A stretch of 64,000 bases of DNA. Origin: Candidatus Poribacteria bacterium (GTDB lineage Bacteria > Poribacteria > WGA-4E > PCPOR2b). Shown here one piece after another: positions 32,123 to 42,601 of the stretch. The translations under genes and the position numbers were made by a program. Numbering within the stretch: the stretch's first letter is position 1; the number at the start of each line of letters is the position of its first letter. The notes beneath the pieces were generated by a model. The model did no database searches, had not been told where the DNA came from, and saw nothing but the letters and a program-made list of their open reading frames with translations. Location: assembly GCA_965215015.1 (NCBI GenBank), contig OZ244042.1, positions 3,328,001 to 3,392,000 on the forward strand. Reading direction: 5' to 3'.

Positions 32123-33121
32123 TCAACCCTTATACGCTATATCCATGACTTTATTGAGGTTCTTGGTATCCTCAATATTCAGGCAAATTGCTTCAGGTAG
32201 GGTACGGCGTACCATCCCGGAAAGTGCTGTCCCGGGCCCTACCTCCACAAAGTGCGAGATGCCTGCAGCACCAATAGTCCTTATTGACTTCTCCCACTGA
32301 ACAGCAGACGTCACTTGTGCTATCAGTAAGCGGCGAATTTCATCCGCAGTTTGTGCAACGTTACCCGTTACATTAGCAACCACCTGAATACTTGGATTGT
32401 TGAATTGGAAGTCCTCGATTACAGTTTGAAGTAGCTCTCTTGCAGGTTCCATCAAGGCAGAATGAAATGCGCCGCTTACCTCGAGCCGTAGGCAACGTCT
32501 GGCTCCGGCCTCCTTCGCGCTATCCATAACCCGTTCAACAGCAGCAGTATCGCCAGAAACAATCAGTTGCCCAGGACAGTTGTAGTTTGCGATTTGAACC
32601 ACATCGTTACGTGCTTCCTGACCCGTGGCGGTTGCTTTGGCAGACGAAGCAGCTTCACAGAGATCTTGTAACCTTGCTGCTTCCAACCCTAAAATTGCAG
32701 CCATGGTGCAATCTTGCCGCTGAGCAGCTTCCGCCATGACTTGTGCCCGATATTCAACCAACTTCAGCGCATCTGAGAAGGTTAGCACGTTTGCCGCAAC
32801 AAGTGCGGAATACTCTCCAAGACTATGACCAGCAACAGCTTGGGGTGTCATTCCGTGTTCGCTCAAGACTCGCAATGCCGCAACACTGCATGTCAGAATA
32901 GCTAGTTGTGTATTTTCCGTCTGTTTCAGTGCTGCCGCGGGGCCCTCAAAGCAGAGTTGGCTTAACTTCCGATTCAAGATCTCGTCCGCCTCGTCAAAGA
33001 CTGCACGAGCGGTGGTGTATTCTTGGGAAAGCTCCAACCCCATCCCCACTTTTTGAGAACCTTGACCGGGGAAGAGGAAAGCCAATGCGTTCTTTAGCGA
33101 GGATTCGATCATATCAGACAT
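32123..33121 (-). CDS. fabD: Malonyl-CoA:ACP transacylase
   Basis: FPGQGSQ, GHSLGEY, GAFHS. Confidence 0.95.
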   Translation of the reverse strand: MSDMIESSLKNALAFLFPGQGSQKVGMGLELSQEYTTARAVFDEADEILNRKLSQLCFEGPAAALKQTENTQLAILTCSVAALRVLSEHGMTPQAVAGHSLGEYSALVAANVLTFSDALKLVEYRAQVMAEAAQRQDCTMAAILGLEAARLQDLCEAASSAKATATGQEARNDVVQIANYNCPGQLIVSGDTAAVERVMDSAKEAGARRCLRLEVSGAFHSALMEPARELLQTVIEDFQFNNPSIQVVANVTGNVAQTADEIRRLLIAQVTSAVQWEKSIRTIGAAGISHFVEVGPGTALSGMVRRTLPEAICLNIEDTKNLNKVMDIAYKG

Positions 33122-33143
33122 GCCCCCTAAATCTCTGTTTCGT

Positions 33144-34133
33144 TTAGATTTTAATCAGGGTACTTCCCCACGTCAGGCCGGCACCGAATGTAACCAGCAA
33201 CACTAAGTCGCCCGGTTTAACTCGTCCGGACTGGAGGGCTTCGTCAAGTGCAACGATTGTAGTGGCAGCAGAGGTATTTCCGTACTTATCAACATTGACA
33301 TAGACTTTTTCTGGGTCAATTCCAATCCGCTCGCCGACAGCTTCGATGATGCGGATATTCGCCTGATGCGGGATAAGCAGATCGATTTCATCGATCGTTA
33401 CTCCTGCGATGTCTAATGCACGTTGAGCGGCTTCTGGCATAATACGGGTGCCAAGTTTGAACACCTCCCGTCCACGCATTTTAATCGAATGCATTCTGTT
33501 ATCAATGGTCTCATGGCTTGCCGGAAGGCGTGTACCACCAGCAGGCATCCCAAGCAGATTTGTATCAGCATAATTACCATCGGATCCAATATAAGACGCC
33601 AGAATCCCCTTTGCCTCATCTGTCCCCTGCACGATTGCGGCCCCTGCGGCATCTCCGAACAAAACGCAGGTATTTCTGTCTTCCCAATCGAGAATTTTAT
33701 TAAAAACTTCTCCACCAACGACTAGAATTGTTTGATAACGCCCGGACTGAATCATGCCGTCGGCCAGGTCAAGTCCGTAGATAAATCCCGCACAAGCCGC
33801 CGAAAGGTCAAAAGCACAAGCATTTTTAGCACCAATACCTTGCTGCACATAACACGCTGTTGAAGGAAAAAATGTATCAGGGGTCGCAGTACCAACAATG
33901 ACCATTTCAACATTAAGCGGATCAACCTCAGCGGCTTTAATAGCTTGGCGAGCTGCTCGAATACATAAATCCGAGGTTGCCATATCGGGATCGGCGATAC
34001 GCCGCTCGACAATACCAGTTCGCTGACGGATCCATTCATCGCTAGTATCAACCCGCTTTTCTAGGTCAAAGTTTGTTAAAATTCCCTCCGGCAGGTATGA
34101 ACCCGTTCCGGTAATTACTGCATGTCGAGCCAT
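33144..34133 (-). CDS. fabH: 3-oxoacyl-ACP synthase III
   Basis: AACAGF, PHQAN, YGNTSAA. Confidence 0.95.
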   Translation of the reverse strand: MARHAVITGTGSYLPEGILTNFDLEKRVDTSDEWIRQRTGIVERRIADPDMATSDLCIRAARQAIKAAEVDPLNVEMVIVGTATPDTFFPSTACYVQQGIGAKNACAFDLSAACAGFIYGLDLADGMIQSGRYQTILVVGGEVFNKILDWEDRNTCVLFGDAAGAAIVQGTDEAKGILASYIGSDGNYADTNLLGMPAGGTRLPASHETIDNRMHSIKMRGREVFKLGTRIMPEAAQRALDIAGVTIDEIDLLIPHQANIRIIEAVGERIGIDPEKVYVNVDKYGNTSAATTIVALDEALQSGRVKPGDLVLLVTFGAGLTWGSTLIKI

Positions 34134-34200
34134 TACGATAGCGTCCTTTTCGCTTCAACTGTTATTCAACCCCAGGATTGAAGTTGGTTATAGTATTGGC

Positions 34201-34386
34201 CTAGTCTTCCCCAGCTGTTTTCACCACAACCCGCCCGTTATAGTAGCCACAGCTTGGGCAAACACGATGAGATAGGATTGTTTCTGAGCAGTGGGGACAT
34301 GTTGAAACAAATTTTTCCCCAAGTGCATGGTGGCTTCTTCGCATTCGTTTTTTTGATTTTGAAGTTCGACGTTTTGGATGTGCCAT
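34201..34386 (-). CDS. rpmF: 50S ribosomal protein L32 (zinc-ribbon type)
   Basis: MAHPKRRTSKSK, CPHC..HRVCPSCGYY. Confidence 0.95.
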   Translation of the reverse strand: MAHPKRRTSKSKKRMRRSHHALGEKFVSTCPHCSETILSHRVCPSCGYYNGRVVVKTAGED

Positions 34387-34437
34387 AAGTCATCTCCTTA
34401 TTACCATATAGGACTGTGCATTTTAGAATCAGAGAAA

Positions 34438-34983
34438 TCAGTTTTCAAGGGCGCGGTCAGGGGGATCGAGTAGATCCGCCAAAGCAGCAAATGGAGAGGA
34501 GTCCGCCTCGGTAATCTGACAACCGCAGTCAGTAACGTTGCGATTTTCGCCACATTGCGGACAGAGTCCCTTGCACGTTTCCGAACAGAGGGGCCAATTG
34601 GGAATTTCAAGTATGAGGCTTTGCCGGACTTCCTCGGATAAATCGATTGTGTCTCCCAAATAATACCGCTCGCCGGTATCCGCTTGCCATGGGTCTAAGG
34701 GGGTAGTCGCATCTGCTGGATAAAACTGGACTTCAATATCCCCCCAAATGCTGGTTGCGAATGATTCAACACAGCAACGACATTCGACCTCAACCGACGT
34801 CGAAAAACTCCCTTTCACGTAAACATCTTCCACGCGGCGTGAGAGTTGTAGATATCCGTGAATCTCTCCAACAAACCGTGCTTCTTCTAGCTCTAAGTCA
34901 ATTTCCGCAGGCGGAACCCAAACCTCGTGTCGTGCAGATCGGTTGTCAGAAATTTCCCTAACAATGAATTCGAGCGTTTTCAC
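34438..34983 (-). CDS. yceD: DUF177/YceD family protein
   Basis: [18 protein letters not shown]; canonical position upstream of rpmF. Confidence 0.85.
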   Translation of the reverse strand: MKTLEFIVREISDNRSARHEVWVPPAEIDLELEEARFVGEIHGYLQLSRRVEDVYVKGSFSTSVEVECRCCVESFATSIWGDIEVQFYPADATTPLDPWQADTGERYYLGDTIDLSEEVRQSLILEIPNWPLCSETCKGLCPQCGENRNVTDCGCQITEADSSPFAALADLLDPPDRALEN

Positions 34984-36203
34984 GAAAAAGTGCCTCCGAG
35001 TTCAAATCGATCGTGAATTGTACGCACGGCACGTTCTGTTTCACTCTGATCAATCACACAAGAAATTGTGATTTCCGACGAGCTGATCATCTGAATGTTG
35101 ATATTTGCGTCAGCGAGGGCTTGGAACATTCGGGCAGCGATACCCGCATGACTCTTCATTCCAATTCCGACTAACGACACCCGTGCAATATTTTTGTCCG
35201 GGCTAACGCTGGTGAAACCAATTTCGCTTTTGAGTCCTTCAATAATTTTAATTGTTGCTTGTAGGTCCTTCTCAGTAACTGTAAACGCTATGTCGGCTGT
35301 ACCCCCCGGATGTGTGGTCTGGATGACCATATCAATACTGATGTGGGCATCAGCAACTGCCTGAAAAATGCGCGCCGCAATCCCTGGTGTGTCCGGCACA
35401 CCGAGCAGCGATACCTTTGCCTGATCTTTATCAGAGGTCACCGCGCTGACGACAACTTCTTCTATCATGTCATCTTCCTTTACCACCATTGTGCCTTCGG
35501 CTTCACTGAAGCTAGAGCGGACGCACAGGTGAACATTAAATTTCTTCGCAAGCTCTACACATCGGGAGTGCAAAACCTTCGCACCGAGTCTCGCCATTTC
35601 AAGCATTTCATCATGGGTAATCTGATGGTGCTTACGGGCATTGGGAACGACACGTGGGTCTGCTGTGTAAACCCCCTCTACATCCGTATAAATGTCACAA
35701 CGATCGGCCACCAATGTAGCAGCAATGGCAACAGCGGTGGTGTCGGAGGCACCTCGCCCGAGGGTCGTAATCTCGTTATCAATACTTACTCCCTGAAAGC
35801 CCGCTAGTATAACAATCCTTCCACGCTCAAGTTCCGATAGAATGCGCTCTTTGTTGATGCTCTTAATTCGGGCATTGCTATAAAAGCCATTGGTGATGAT
35901 GCCGACCTGTGTACCTGTGAGGGAGATTGCTTGGTGTCCAAGTTCTGAAACCGCCATCGCTAACAGGGCAATTGAGACCTGTTCACCGGTGGACAGCAGC
36001 ATATCGAGTTCCCGCTCAGGGGGCTCTATTGAGATCTCATGAGCAAGTCGGATTAGATTATCAGTCGTGTCTCCCATCGCAGACACAGCAACAACAACAG
36101 CGTTCCCTTGCTGGCGTGTCAGTGCGATTCGCTTAGCAACATTTTTGATTTTTGTAGCATCAGCGACAGAACTCCCACCAAATTTTTGGACAATGATTCT
36201 CAC
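34980..36203 (-). CDS. lysC: Aspartate kinase
   Basis: [26 protein letters not shown], two ACT domains. Confidence 0.95.
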   Translation of the reverse strand: MRIIVQKFGGSSVADATKIKNVAKRIALTRQQGNAVVVAVSAMGDTTDNLIRLAHEISIEPPERELDMLLSTGEQVSIALLAMAVSELGHQAISLTGTQVGIITNGFYSNARIKSINKERILSELERGRIVILAGFQGVSIDNEITTLGRGASDTTAVAIAATLVADRCDIYTDVEGVYTADPRVVPNARKHHQITHDEMLEMARLGAKVLHSRCVELAKKFNVHLCVRSSFSEAEGTMVVKEDDMIEEVVVSAVTSDKDQAKVSLLGVPDTPGIAARIFQAVADAHISIDMVIQTTHPGGTADIAFTVTEKDLQATIKIIEGLKSEIGFTSVSPDKNIARVSLVGIGMKSHAGIAARMFQALADANINIQMISSSEITISCVIDQSETERAVRTIHDRFELGGTFS

Positions 36204-36304
36204 ACTAACTAACCTCTTTTACACCGTTAAGTCAAGATATTTTCCGCATCAGGGCGTGTCAAGGATTCGGTAAGGTTTTTCTGCTTACTTGTGTTTCACG
36301 CCGC

Positions 36305-37366
36305 TTACGCTTCATAAACATATTTCAGGATTGCATCTTCGTTCGCAGACACAGTGATCGGCTCTCCCCCGATTTCTCCTAGCGCAGTGTCTGGGTCCTT
36401 TAAGCCATGTCCGGTCAGGATGCAAACGATTGTAGAGCCCGGCTCGAAATATCCAGTCTGATTCAATTTGATGACGCCAGCGACGGAAGCTGCCGAAGCA
36501 GGTTCGACGAACAATCCTTCCAATCTTGCGAGCATCTGGTACGCTTGCAGGATTTCGTCGTCCGACACCCGATCAATTAAGCCTTTCGATTTATCGCGTG
36601 CTTCCTCCGCATTCCGCCAACTTGCGGGATTCCCAATTTTAATTGCGCTGGCGATTGTCTGTGGCTTCTCAATAGGATAGCCTAAAACTATCGGTGCCGC
36701 TCGATATGCCTGAAAGCCAAGCATTTTGGGAAGGCTATCCGCCTTGCCACAGTTGTAATATTCTTTGTATCCCTTCCAATAAGCGGTAATATTCCCTGCG
36801 TTGCCGACGGGCATCGCTTGATAATCCGGAGTAAAACCGAGGTGGTCGATAATTTCAAAGGCCCCCGTCTTCTGCCCTTCAATGCGATAGGGATTAAGCG
36901 AATTCACTAGATGAACCGGGTGTTTTTCGGTAATGTCTCGTACGAGCTGAAGTGCCTTGTCGAAATTTCCATCAACTGCCAGGACTTTTGCACCGTGCAT
37001 CAACGCCTGTGCCAATTTCCCAAGAGCAATTTCCCCTTTTGGAACGAGCACAATACATCTCAATTTTGCTTTGGCAGCGTAGGCAGCGGCAGACGCTGAT
37101 GTGTTGCCAGTTGAGGCACACATTATCGCGTGGGCACCATCCTCAACGGACTTAGAGATGGCAACGGTCATGCCCCGATCTTTGAAGGAACTTGTCGGAT
37201 TTAGCCCTTCGTGTTTCAGGTAGATGCGCAGGTTGCTACCGATTGCCTCATTTAAGTTTGTCGCTTCGATGAGGGGCGTATTCCCTTCCTTGAGTGTAAT
37301 AATCGGGGTCTCTGATGTGACCGGTAGATCTACACGGTAGTGATGAATGACACCCTTCCAAATCAT
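36305..37366 (-). CDS. thrC: Threonine synthase
   Basis: [26 protein letters not shown]. Confidence 0.95.
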   Translation of the reverse strand: MIWKGVIHHYRVDLPVTSETPIITLKEGNTPLIEATNLNEAIGSNLRIYLKHEGLNPTSSFKDRGMTVAISKSVEDGAHAIMCASTGNTSASAAAYAAKAKLRCIVLVPKGEIALGKLAQALMHGAKVLAVDGNFDKALQLVRDITEKHPVHLVNSLNPYRIEGQKTGAFEIIDHLGFTPDYQAMPVGNAGNITAYWKGYKEYYNCGKADSLPKMLGFQAYRAAPIVLGYPIEKPQTIASAIKIGNPASWRNAEEARDKSKGLIDRVSDDEILQAYQMLARLEGLFVEPASAASVAGVIKLNQTGYFEPGSTIVCILTGHGLKDPDTALGEIGGEPITVSANEDAILKYVYEA

Positions 37367-37380
37367 TCGCTGCGATTTCC

Positions 37381-38703
37381 TTAAAATGCAACTTCCTCTT
37401 CAATGCGAATCAGTCGGCTTGTCCCCTTGACAACATCAAGTGTATCAATCTCGTGGATTGCCATCTGCATGTTTTTCTCAACCGCCTTGTGCGTTACGAT
37501 AACAATTGAAGCAGTATCGTCAACTTCGTGGCGTTCTTTCTGGATGACAGATGCAATGCTGATACGGTGTTCTCCGAGGATACTACTAATCTGTGCTAAT
37601 ACTCCGGGCCTATCTAGAACAACGAGGCGAACGTAATAACGGGTTTGAACGTCATCAATGGGACAGAGAGAGATGTTGGCTTGCGATCCGGAAAGCCAAC
37701 CGCGCGGGACTTGTGATCTGACTTTACCGCTAATCGATTTCGCCGCATCGATAATATCTGCAACAACGGCACTCGCTGTTGGCATTTCGCCGGCACCTTG
37801 TCCATAGAACAAGGTTGGACCGACGGCATCGCCAATAACACAGACGGTGTTGAATGCGCCGCCAACATTTGCGAGCATACTGCGTACGGGCACCAACGTC
37901 GGATGAACACGCGTTTCAACCCGGTCTTGATTCAGCTTTGCGATAGCAAGGAGTTTGATTACGTATCCGAGTTCACGAGCGTACTGAATCTCATTAGGCG
38001 TGATATGTGTGATACCTTCCGTGTAAACTCCCTCCATCGGCATAGCAAAGCCATAAGCGAGGGAAGTGAGGAGGGTCAGTTTATGTGCGGCATCAATCCC
38101 TTCAACATCAAATGTCGGATCTGCTTCAGCATACCCTTTGGCTTGCGCCTCTTTCAGCACTTCGTCAAAACTGACATCGTTTTCCTGCATCTCCGTCAAG
38201 ATATAGTTACAGGTGCCGTTGATGATGCCGTAGATTGACTGGATACGGTTTGCGGCAAAACTCTCCCGTAGGGTTTTGATTATTGGGATGCCTCCGGCCG
38301 CGCTCGCCTCAAAATTCAGGCTGACCTTATGTTTATCAGCAAGTTGAAAGAGCTCAAAGCCGTGCGCTGCCAACAAGGCCTTATTCGCTGTCACAATGTG
38401 TTTCCCATTGCGGATAGCCTGAGTGACTAAGACACGCGTTTCATCGGTTCCTCCCATCAACTCGACAACTATATCGATTTCAGGATTCTCGACAATCTCA
38501 GCGGGATTTGTCGTCAAACAGCTTGCGTCCAGTTCAACACCGGGACGAGATGCTGGTAGCGTACGTTTCGCAATTTTGATTAGACGGAGTTGGACCCCGG
38601 CGTTCTGTTCAATCAAATTACTCTGGTTGAGCAAAATCTTGGACACACCCGTGCCGACTGTGCCCCAGCCAAGAAGCCCTACATTGATGCTATCGTTATT
38701 CAC
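37381..38703 (-). CDS. hom: Homoserine dehydrogenase (with ACT domain)
   Basis: [21 protein letters not shown]; true start GTG 38703 (RBS agagagg), since the ORF-track extension runs through the tRNA. Confidence 0.93.
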   Translation of the reverse strand: MNNDSINVGLLGWGTVGTGVSKILLNQSNLIEQNAGVQLRLIKIAKRTLPASRPGVELDASCLTTNPAEIVENPEIDIVVELMGGTDETRVLVTQAIRNGKHIVTANKALLAAHGFELFQLADKHKVSLNFEASAAGGIPIIKTLRESFAANRIQSIYGIINGTCNYILTEMQENDVSFDEVLKEAQAKGYAEADPTFDVEGIDAAHKLTLLTSLAYGFAMPMEGVYTEGITHITPNEIQYARELGYVIKLLAIAKLNQDRVETRVHPTLVPVRSMLANVGGAFNTVCVIGDAVGPTLFYGQGAGEMPTASAVVADIIDAAKSISGKVRSQVPRGWLSGSQANISLCPIDDVQTRYYVRLVVLDRPGVLAQISSILGEHRISIASVIQKERHEVDDTASIVIVTHKAVEKNMQMAIHEIDTLDVVKGTSRLIRIEEEVAF

Positions 38704-38728
38704 TACTACCTCTCTACATACATAAAAA

Positions 38729-38802
38729 TCGGGGCGACTGGATTTGAACCAGCGACCTCTTGAACCCCATTCAAGCGCGCTTCCGGGCTGCGCTACGCCC
38801 CG
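38729..38802 (-). tRNA. tRNA-Pro (anticodon GGG), CCA not encoded
   Basis: CGGGGCG acceptor stem, anticodon arm CTTGA-ATGGGGT-TCAAG, T-arm GGTTCAAATCC. Confidence 0.95.
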
Positions 38803-38833
38803 ACCATTATCCATTCGGATACAATACGGGTAA

Positions 38834-38862
38834 ATGTTAGCATTCAGACCAATAACTGTCAA
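38834..38862 (-). promoter_or_regulatory. Promoter for tRNA-Pro-hom-thrC
   Basis: TTGACA-N17-TAACAT with TG extension. Confidence 0.6.
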
Positions 38863-38903
38863 GAAAAAAATTAGAGAAACAGGACAGATGAGACTTGATT
38901 TCG

Positions 38904-39698
38904 TTACACCAAAGTGGCGAACCAATCCCGTACCCGCACTTTATCCGCGTCGTTTCCAAAGCCGAGACTGAACCAGCCGGAATAGCCATCCACCTTCAAC
39001 CTTGCAAACAGCGTTTCAAAGTCAATGGTCCCTTCGCCGGGAACGAGATGAACCTCATAATCGCCGGTGTTGTCGTTGAGGCGTACCTGACCAATATTTT
39101 CCACACCAAAGGCATCAAGGAACCCCTGCCAGCCCTCGGGCACGAGATGACCGTGGGCAACATTGAATGCCCACTGAAAGTGCGACGATTCAATAGCGTC
39201 GAAGAACCAGTGTGTCTCTTCGACGTTATGCGGGATGTAGTGAATTTCGGCATGTCCAGGTTCTTTGTTGTGGTTCTCAAAGAAGATGACAACATTGGCT
39301 TGCTCTGCCCTGTCCACCAATCGCTTCATCCGTTCAACAGCCACTTCCCGTCGTCGGGGCACGTCCCCGAAATGATACCCTCCATGCCCAACGAACCAAC
39401 CGCATCCGAGTTGTGCGGCTAGATCGAGGTTAGCGAACAGGTATGCGTCCACCGCTTCCGCCATGATAGGTACATACTCGGCGTTATTTATCGCGGACGA
39501 CGGATGGATGCCGATGGCGATATCGTGCGTTTCACAGAGGTCCCGTACTCCTCGGACACGAGCGGCATCGAATGAGGCGATGTCATTCGGGGGTAGATCT
39601 GCCTGAAAATCGATGTACCGAAAACCGTTTTGGGCTGCCCAGCGGATCGAGTCCTCAATGGGTTGACCTGAAGCATTAAAGCCGAAACGATTCCTCAT
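38904..39698 (-). CDS. Sugar phosphate isomerase/epimerase (xylose isomerase-like TIM barrel)
   Basis: FFEN, NVAH, LNDN...HLVPGEGTIDF; RBS gaggagg. Confidence 0.75.
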   Translation of the reverse strand: MRNRFGFNASGQPIEDSIRWAAQNGFRYIDFQADLPPNDIASFDAARVRGVRDLCETHDIAIGIHPSSAINNAEYVPIMAEAVDAYLFANLDLAAQLGCGWFVGHGGYHFGDVPRRREVAVERMKRLVDRAEQANVVIFFENHNKEPGHAEIHYIPHNVEETHWFFDAIESSHFQWAFNVAHGHLVPEGWQGFLDAFGVENIGQVRLNDNTGDYEVHLVPGEGTIDFETLFARLKVDGYSGWFSLGFGNDADKVRVRDWFATLV

Positions 39699-39810
39699 AT
39701 ATATCCTCCTCATTACCGTTAGGGGTTACGCCCTTGAGTAAGGTAGTAGGCATACGGCGTATGTCTACTACTGGCAACTTGAGTTATTAACAGTTTTCCC
39801 CTCATGCCTG

Positions 39811-40899
39811 TTAGGCATCAACCCGATACCGCTCAATCGCTTCCTCATCAAGCTCTATCCCCATCCCTGGTCCTTGCGGAATCTGAACACAGCCATCTTT
39901 CACCGTGTACAGTGTGTCGGCTTTAACCAGCTTGTTCAAAGGCGACCAAGCCTCCTCGGGGAGGATTGGCGGGGTTGTGTAAACCAATTCTTGCATCCGG
40001 CATGTGCGGATGGTCGCAGCAACTTGCAGCGAATAAATTAGATCCATTCCGTGCGAACCGTGAAAAATACATTCCATACCAAACATCTCAGCCATACTTG
40101 CCACCTTCTTTAGCGTGGTGATTAGGTTGGCACAATGGGGTTGCACAATATCAAACGCTTCCCCTTGAACATACCCCCGATACACCTCATCTGGTTGATG
40201 TTCTCCACCGGTGATGGCGATGTCTGTTTCTGCTCGTAGCCGGGCGTGCAGGTGTATGTCGCCGCGAGTAAAGGGTTCTTCCAGCCAAGTGGCGTCAACT
40301 TCCTCCAATGCCCTAGCGGCGCGAAGGGCGGTATCATAATCCCAGGTGGATCCTGAGTATTCCGCGGTTCTGTCCACCATCACTTCCATTTTATCGCGTC
40401 CACCGACTCGCTCGCGAATTAATCGGATGGCTTCGACATCCTCCATCAGATCTGGGCGGAAAATGCGAATCTTGACCGCTTTGTACCTGTGCTCTGAATA
40501 TCGTAAAACATCTTCAGCTTGTTGATGTGGGGTGACGTCGGTCTGATCCGCCGCGCCGGGCCAAACACAGGTCAGGTATAGAGGGATCTCATCACGATAG
40601 GTGCCCATTAGCTTATGCAGGGGGAGACCCGCGGCTTTGCCCACGATGTCCCAAAGCGCATTCTCTGCACCAAACCACTTATCCAAACCGGCTTCGAGAT
40701 GTCGTTCGATCTGGAACGGATCTGCTCCCACCAAGAGTTGGCTGACAACATCGACATCCACTGCCTCGAATCCGTAACCTGTGATTCCTTCATCGGTATG
40801 GACTCGCGTAATCGCCGAGGAATTGTAGTATCTCCGCTGCCGTTCTTCATCAGATATTGGAACTTCAACACGAAAGCTCTCAACCGAAGTTACTTTCAT
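39811..40899 (-). CDS. Mandelate racemase/muconate lactonizing enzyme family protein
   Basis: ALWDIVGK, KAVKIR, MVD, WLEEP, GGE. Confidence 0.85.
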   Translation of the reverse strand: MKVTSVESFRVEVPISDEERQRRYYNSSAITRVHTDEGITGYGFEAVDVDVVSQLLVGADPFQIERHLEAGLDKWFGAENALWDIVGKAAGLPLHKLMGTYRDEIPLYLTCVWPGAADQTDVTPHQQAEDVLRYSEHRYKAVKIRIFRPDLMEDVEAIRLIRERVGGRDKMEVMVDRTAEYSGSTWDYDTALRAARALEEVDATWLEEPFTRGDIHLHARLRAETDIAITGGEHQPDEVYRGYVQGEAFDIVQPHCANLITTLKKVASMAEMFGMECIFHGSHGMDLIYSLQVAATIRTCRMQELVYTTPPILPEEAWSPLNKLVKADTLYTVKDGCVQIPQGPGMGIELDEEAIERYRVDA

Positions 40900-41188
40900 A
40901 GCGCACCTCTCCCTATAGGAAATCAATCAGAATTCCACTGCATTCATAACGCAAGTTGCCACCTATCGTCCCGCTAGCAATCTGCAAAATGCCAACAATT
41001 CATAGTTGAGCTTCCTCATCCAATCGATGCGGATTGTCAGTATCGGTCTTAGTCCGTAGGTCTATATTTATATCTCAACATAGGACTATCGATTTTGGAA
41101 AATCGACCGACAGAAGTCCGATAGCGTCTTAGGTATATCAAGATGAGTTCAATTTGTCAAATGTCAACAGAACCTAGCAACTGAGGTC

Positions 41189-42295
41189 CTAATAATCTGC
41201 GACTGAGCCGTCTTTCAATCGACTGTTGGGCCAGGTGAACTTACGCTCAGTGTCTTCTCCAACTTCAATCACCGATGCCTCATCGACCTCAACGCCTAAG
41301 CCGGGGCCTTCTGGCAGCGACACATAGCCCTCCACATCCATCTCCCACGTCTTTCGCGCCACACCTTCTGGCAAGACACCTTTGTAACCTTCATGTATCA
41401 AGAAAAATGGAACAGATGCCGCCACATGCAGGCTAGCGGTCAACCCGAGATGCGACATTGTACAGTGTGGTGCCAGTGGGACGTGATGGGCTTCTGCAAG
41501 GGCTGCGACCTTCTTCATTTGGCTAATGCCGCCGCCATGACCGCAATCTGGTTGCAGGATATCAATCACCTGCGCTTCGAGGATTTCACGCACCTCCCAT
41601 ATAGTCCGATCGCGTTCTCCCGTTGCGAGAGGGACAGGTACGGACTCGCGGATTTTCCGCATTACTTCAATGTTACCGGGCACCCACGCTTCTTCTAAGA
41701 AGAGCAAGTCATCGGCTTTTAGGTAGCTAGCAAATTGTTTCACGATCGGGGGCGGCAGGCAACTATGTGCGTCGAACATCACAGCCCCATCAGGTCCAAC
41801 TTGTTCACGCGCCTCCCGTACCTTCTGAACCAGCTCTTCAATCTCCGTGGGTGTTCCGGCAAACGGTTTGGATCCACCGGGCCCTGTTTTGATGGCTTTG
41901 GGACTGGGGTACATCCAGACTTTGTCGCGGCATGGGCCACCGAGTAGACGGTAAACGGGAACATTCCAGAGTTTGCCGGCGATGTCCCACAACGCCATGT
42001 CAATTGCGGAGATGGTATGCACCATCAATCCGCCGCCGCGGATGTTACGGTGGGCGCGAAAAAGTCGCTGCCAATGATGCTCAATGCGAGTTGGGTTTTC
42101 GCCGATAATAATTTCCGAGAGCGACTCTGCGAGGCGGCAGGTAACATTGTTCTCCATGTTGTTAATTTCACCCCAACCTGTCACCCCCATGTTAGTCTCG
42201 ATTTTGACATAGGCTTTAACGCCCATGGGGAAAGCGTGTAGTGCAGTAATTCTGATTTGAGATCCGCTATCTTCAACTTTTGGTTGATGTGCCAT
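41189..42295 (-). CDS. Mandelate racemase-family acid sugar dehydratase (DgoD-like)
   Basis: IDMALWDIAGK, DAH, FLEE, ATGER, APH; RBS agaaaggag. Confidence 0.8.
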   Translation of the reverse strand: MAHQPKVEDSGSQIRITALHAFPMGVKAYVKIETNMGVTGWGEINNMENNVTCRLAESLSEIIIGENPTRIEHHWQRLFRAHRNIRGGGLMVHTISAIDMALWDIAGKLWNVPVYRLLGGPCRDKVWMYPSPKAIKTGPGGSKPFAGTPTEIEELVQKVREAREQVGPDGAVMFDAHSCLPPPIVKQFASYLKADDLLFLEEAWVPGNIEVMRKIRESVPVPLATGERDRTIWEVREILEAQVIDILQPDCGHGGGISQMKKVAALAEAHHVPLAPHCTMSHLGLTASLHVAASVPFFLIHEGYKGVLPEGVARKTWEMDVEGYVSLPEGPGLGVEVDEASVIEVGEDTERKFTWPNSRLKDGSVADY

Positions 42296-42416
42296 AAAGA
42301 ACTCCTTTCTATGAGTTAGAATAACATCCACTTACGGATTTGACAATATATTTCTACCGACGTGTATGAGGGAGCTGTCAAGTTCAAACTGGTAAATTTC
42401 TTCCACCCCCGATGAT

Positions 42417-42504
42417 TAGGGGCATTTAGTTCTTCTATAGGAGAGATTTCCGAGTCCCGACACATCGCTCAGACAGCGAGAAAACCGAAAACTAAATAGC
42501 CCTA
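42417..42504. mobile_element. 88-bp MITE-like element with internal REP
   Basis: TIRs taggggcatttagtt / aactaaatagcccta (13/15); right-end motif recurs at 59310-59330. Confidence 0.5.
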
Positions 42505-42522
42505 CTCGATGAGGCTTTCCCC

Positions 42523-42551
42523 TTGACGCGACGGACAAATTGTGATATAAA
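42523..42551 (+). promoter_or_regulatory. Sigma70 promoter for the helicase-MTase operon
   Basis: TTGACG-N17-TATAAA with TG extension. Confidence 0.6.
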
Positions 42552-42601
42552 AAGGGTATCATCTTTATAATAATAAAGGGACAGCTAGCTAGGAGTAAAT
42601 T

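Noticed and set aside
38729-38802. tRNA as the integration site of the RM island
   Set aside because: No duplicated tRNA 3' end or integrase seen in the window.
38704-38925. N-terminal extension of hom in the ORF track
   Set aside because: Runs through tRNA-Pro and its promoter; real start is GTG 38703.
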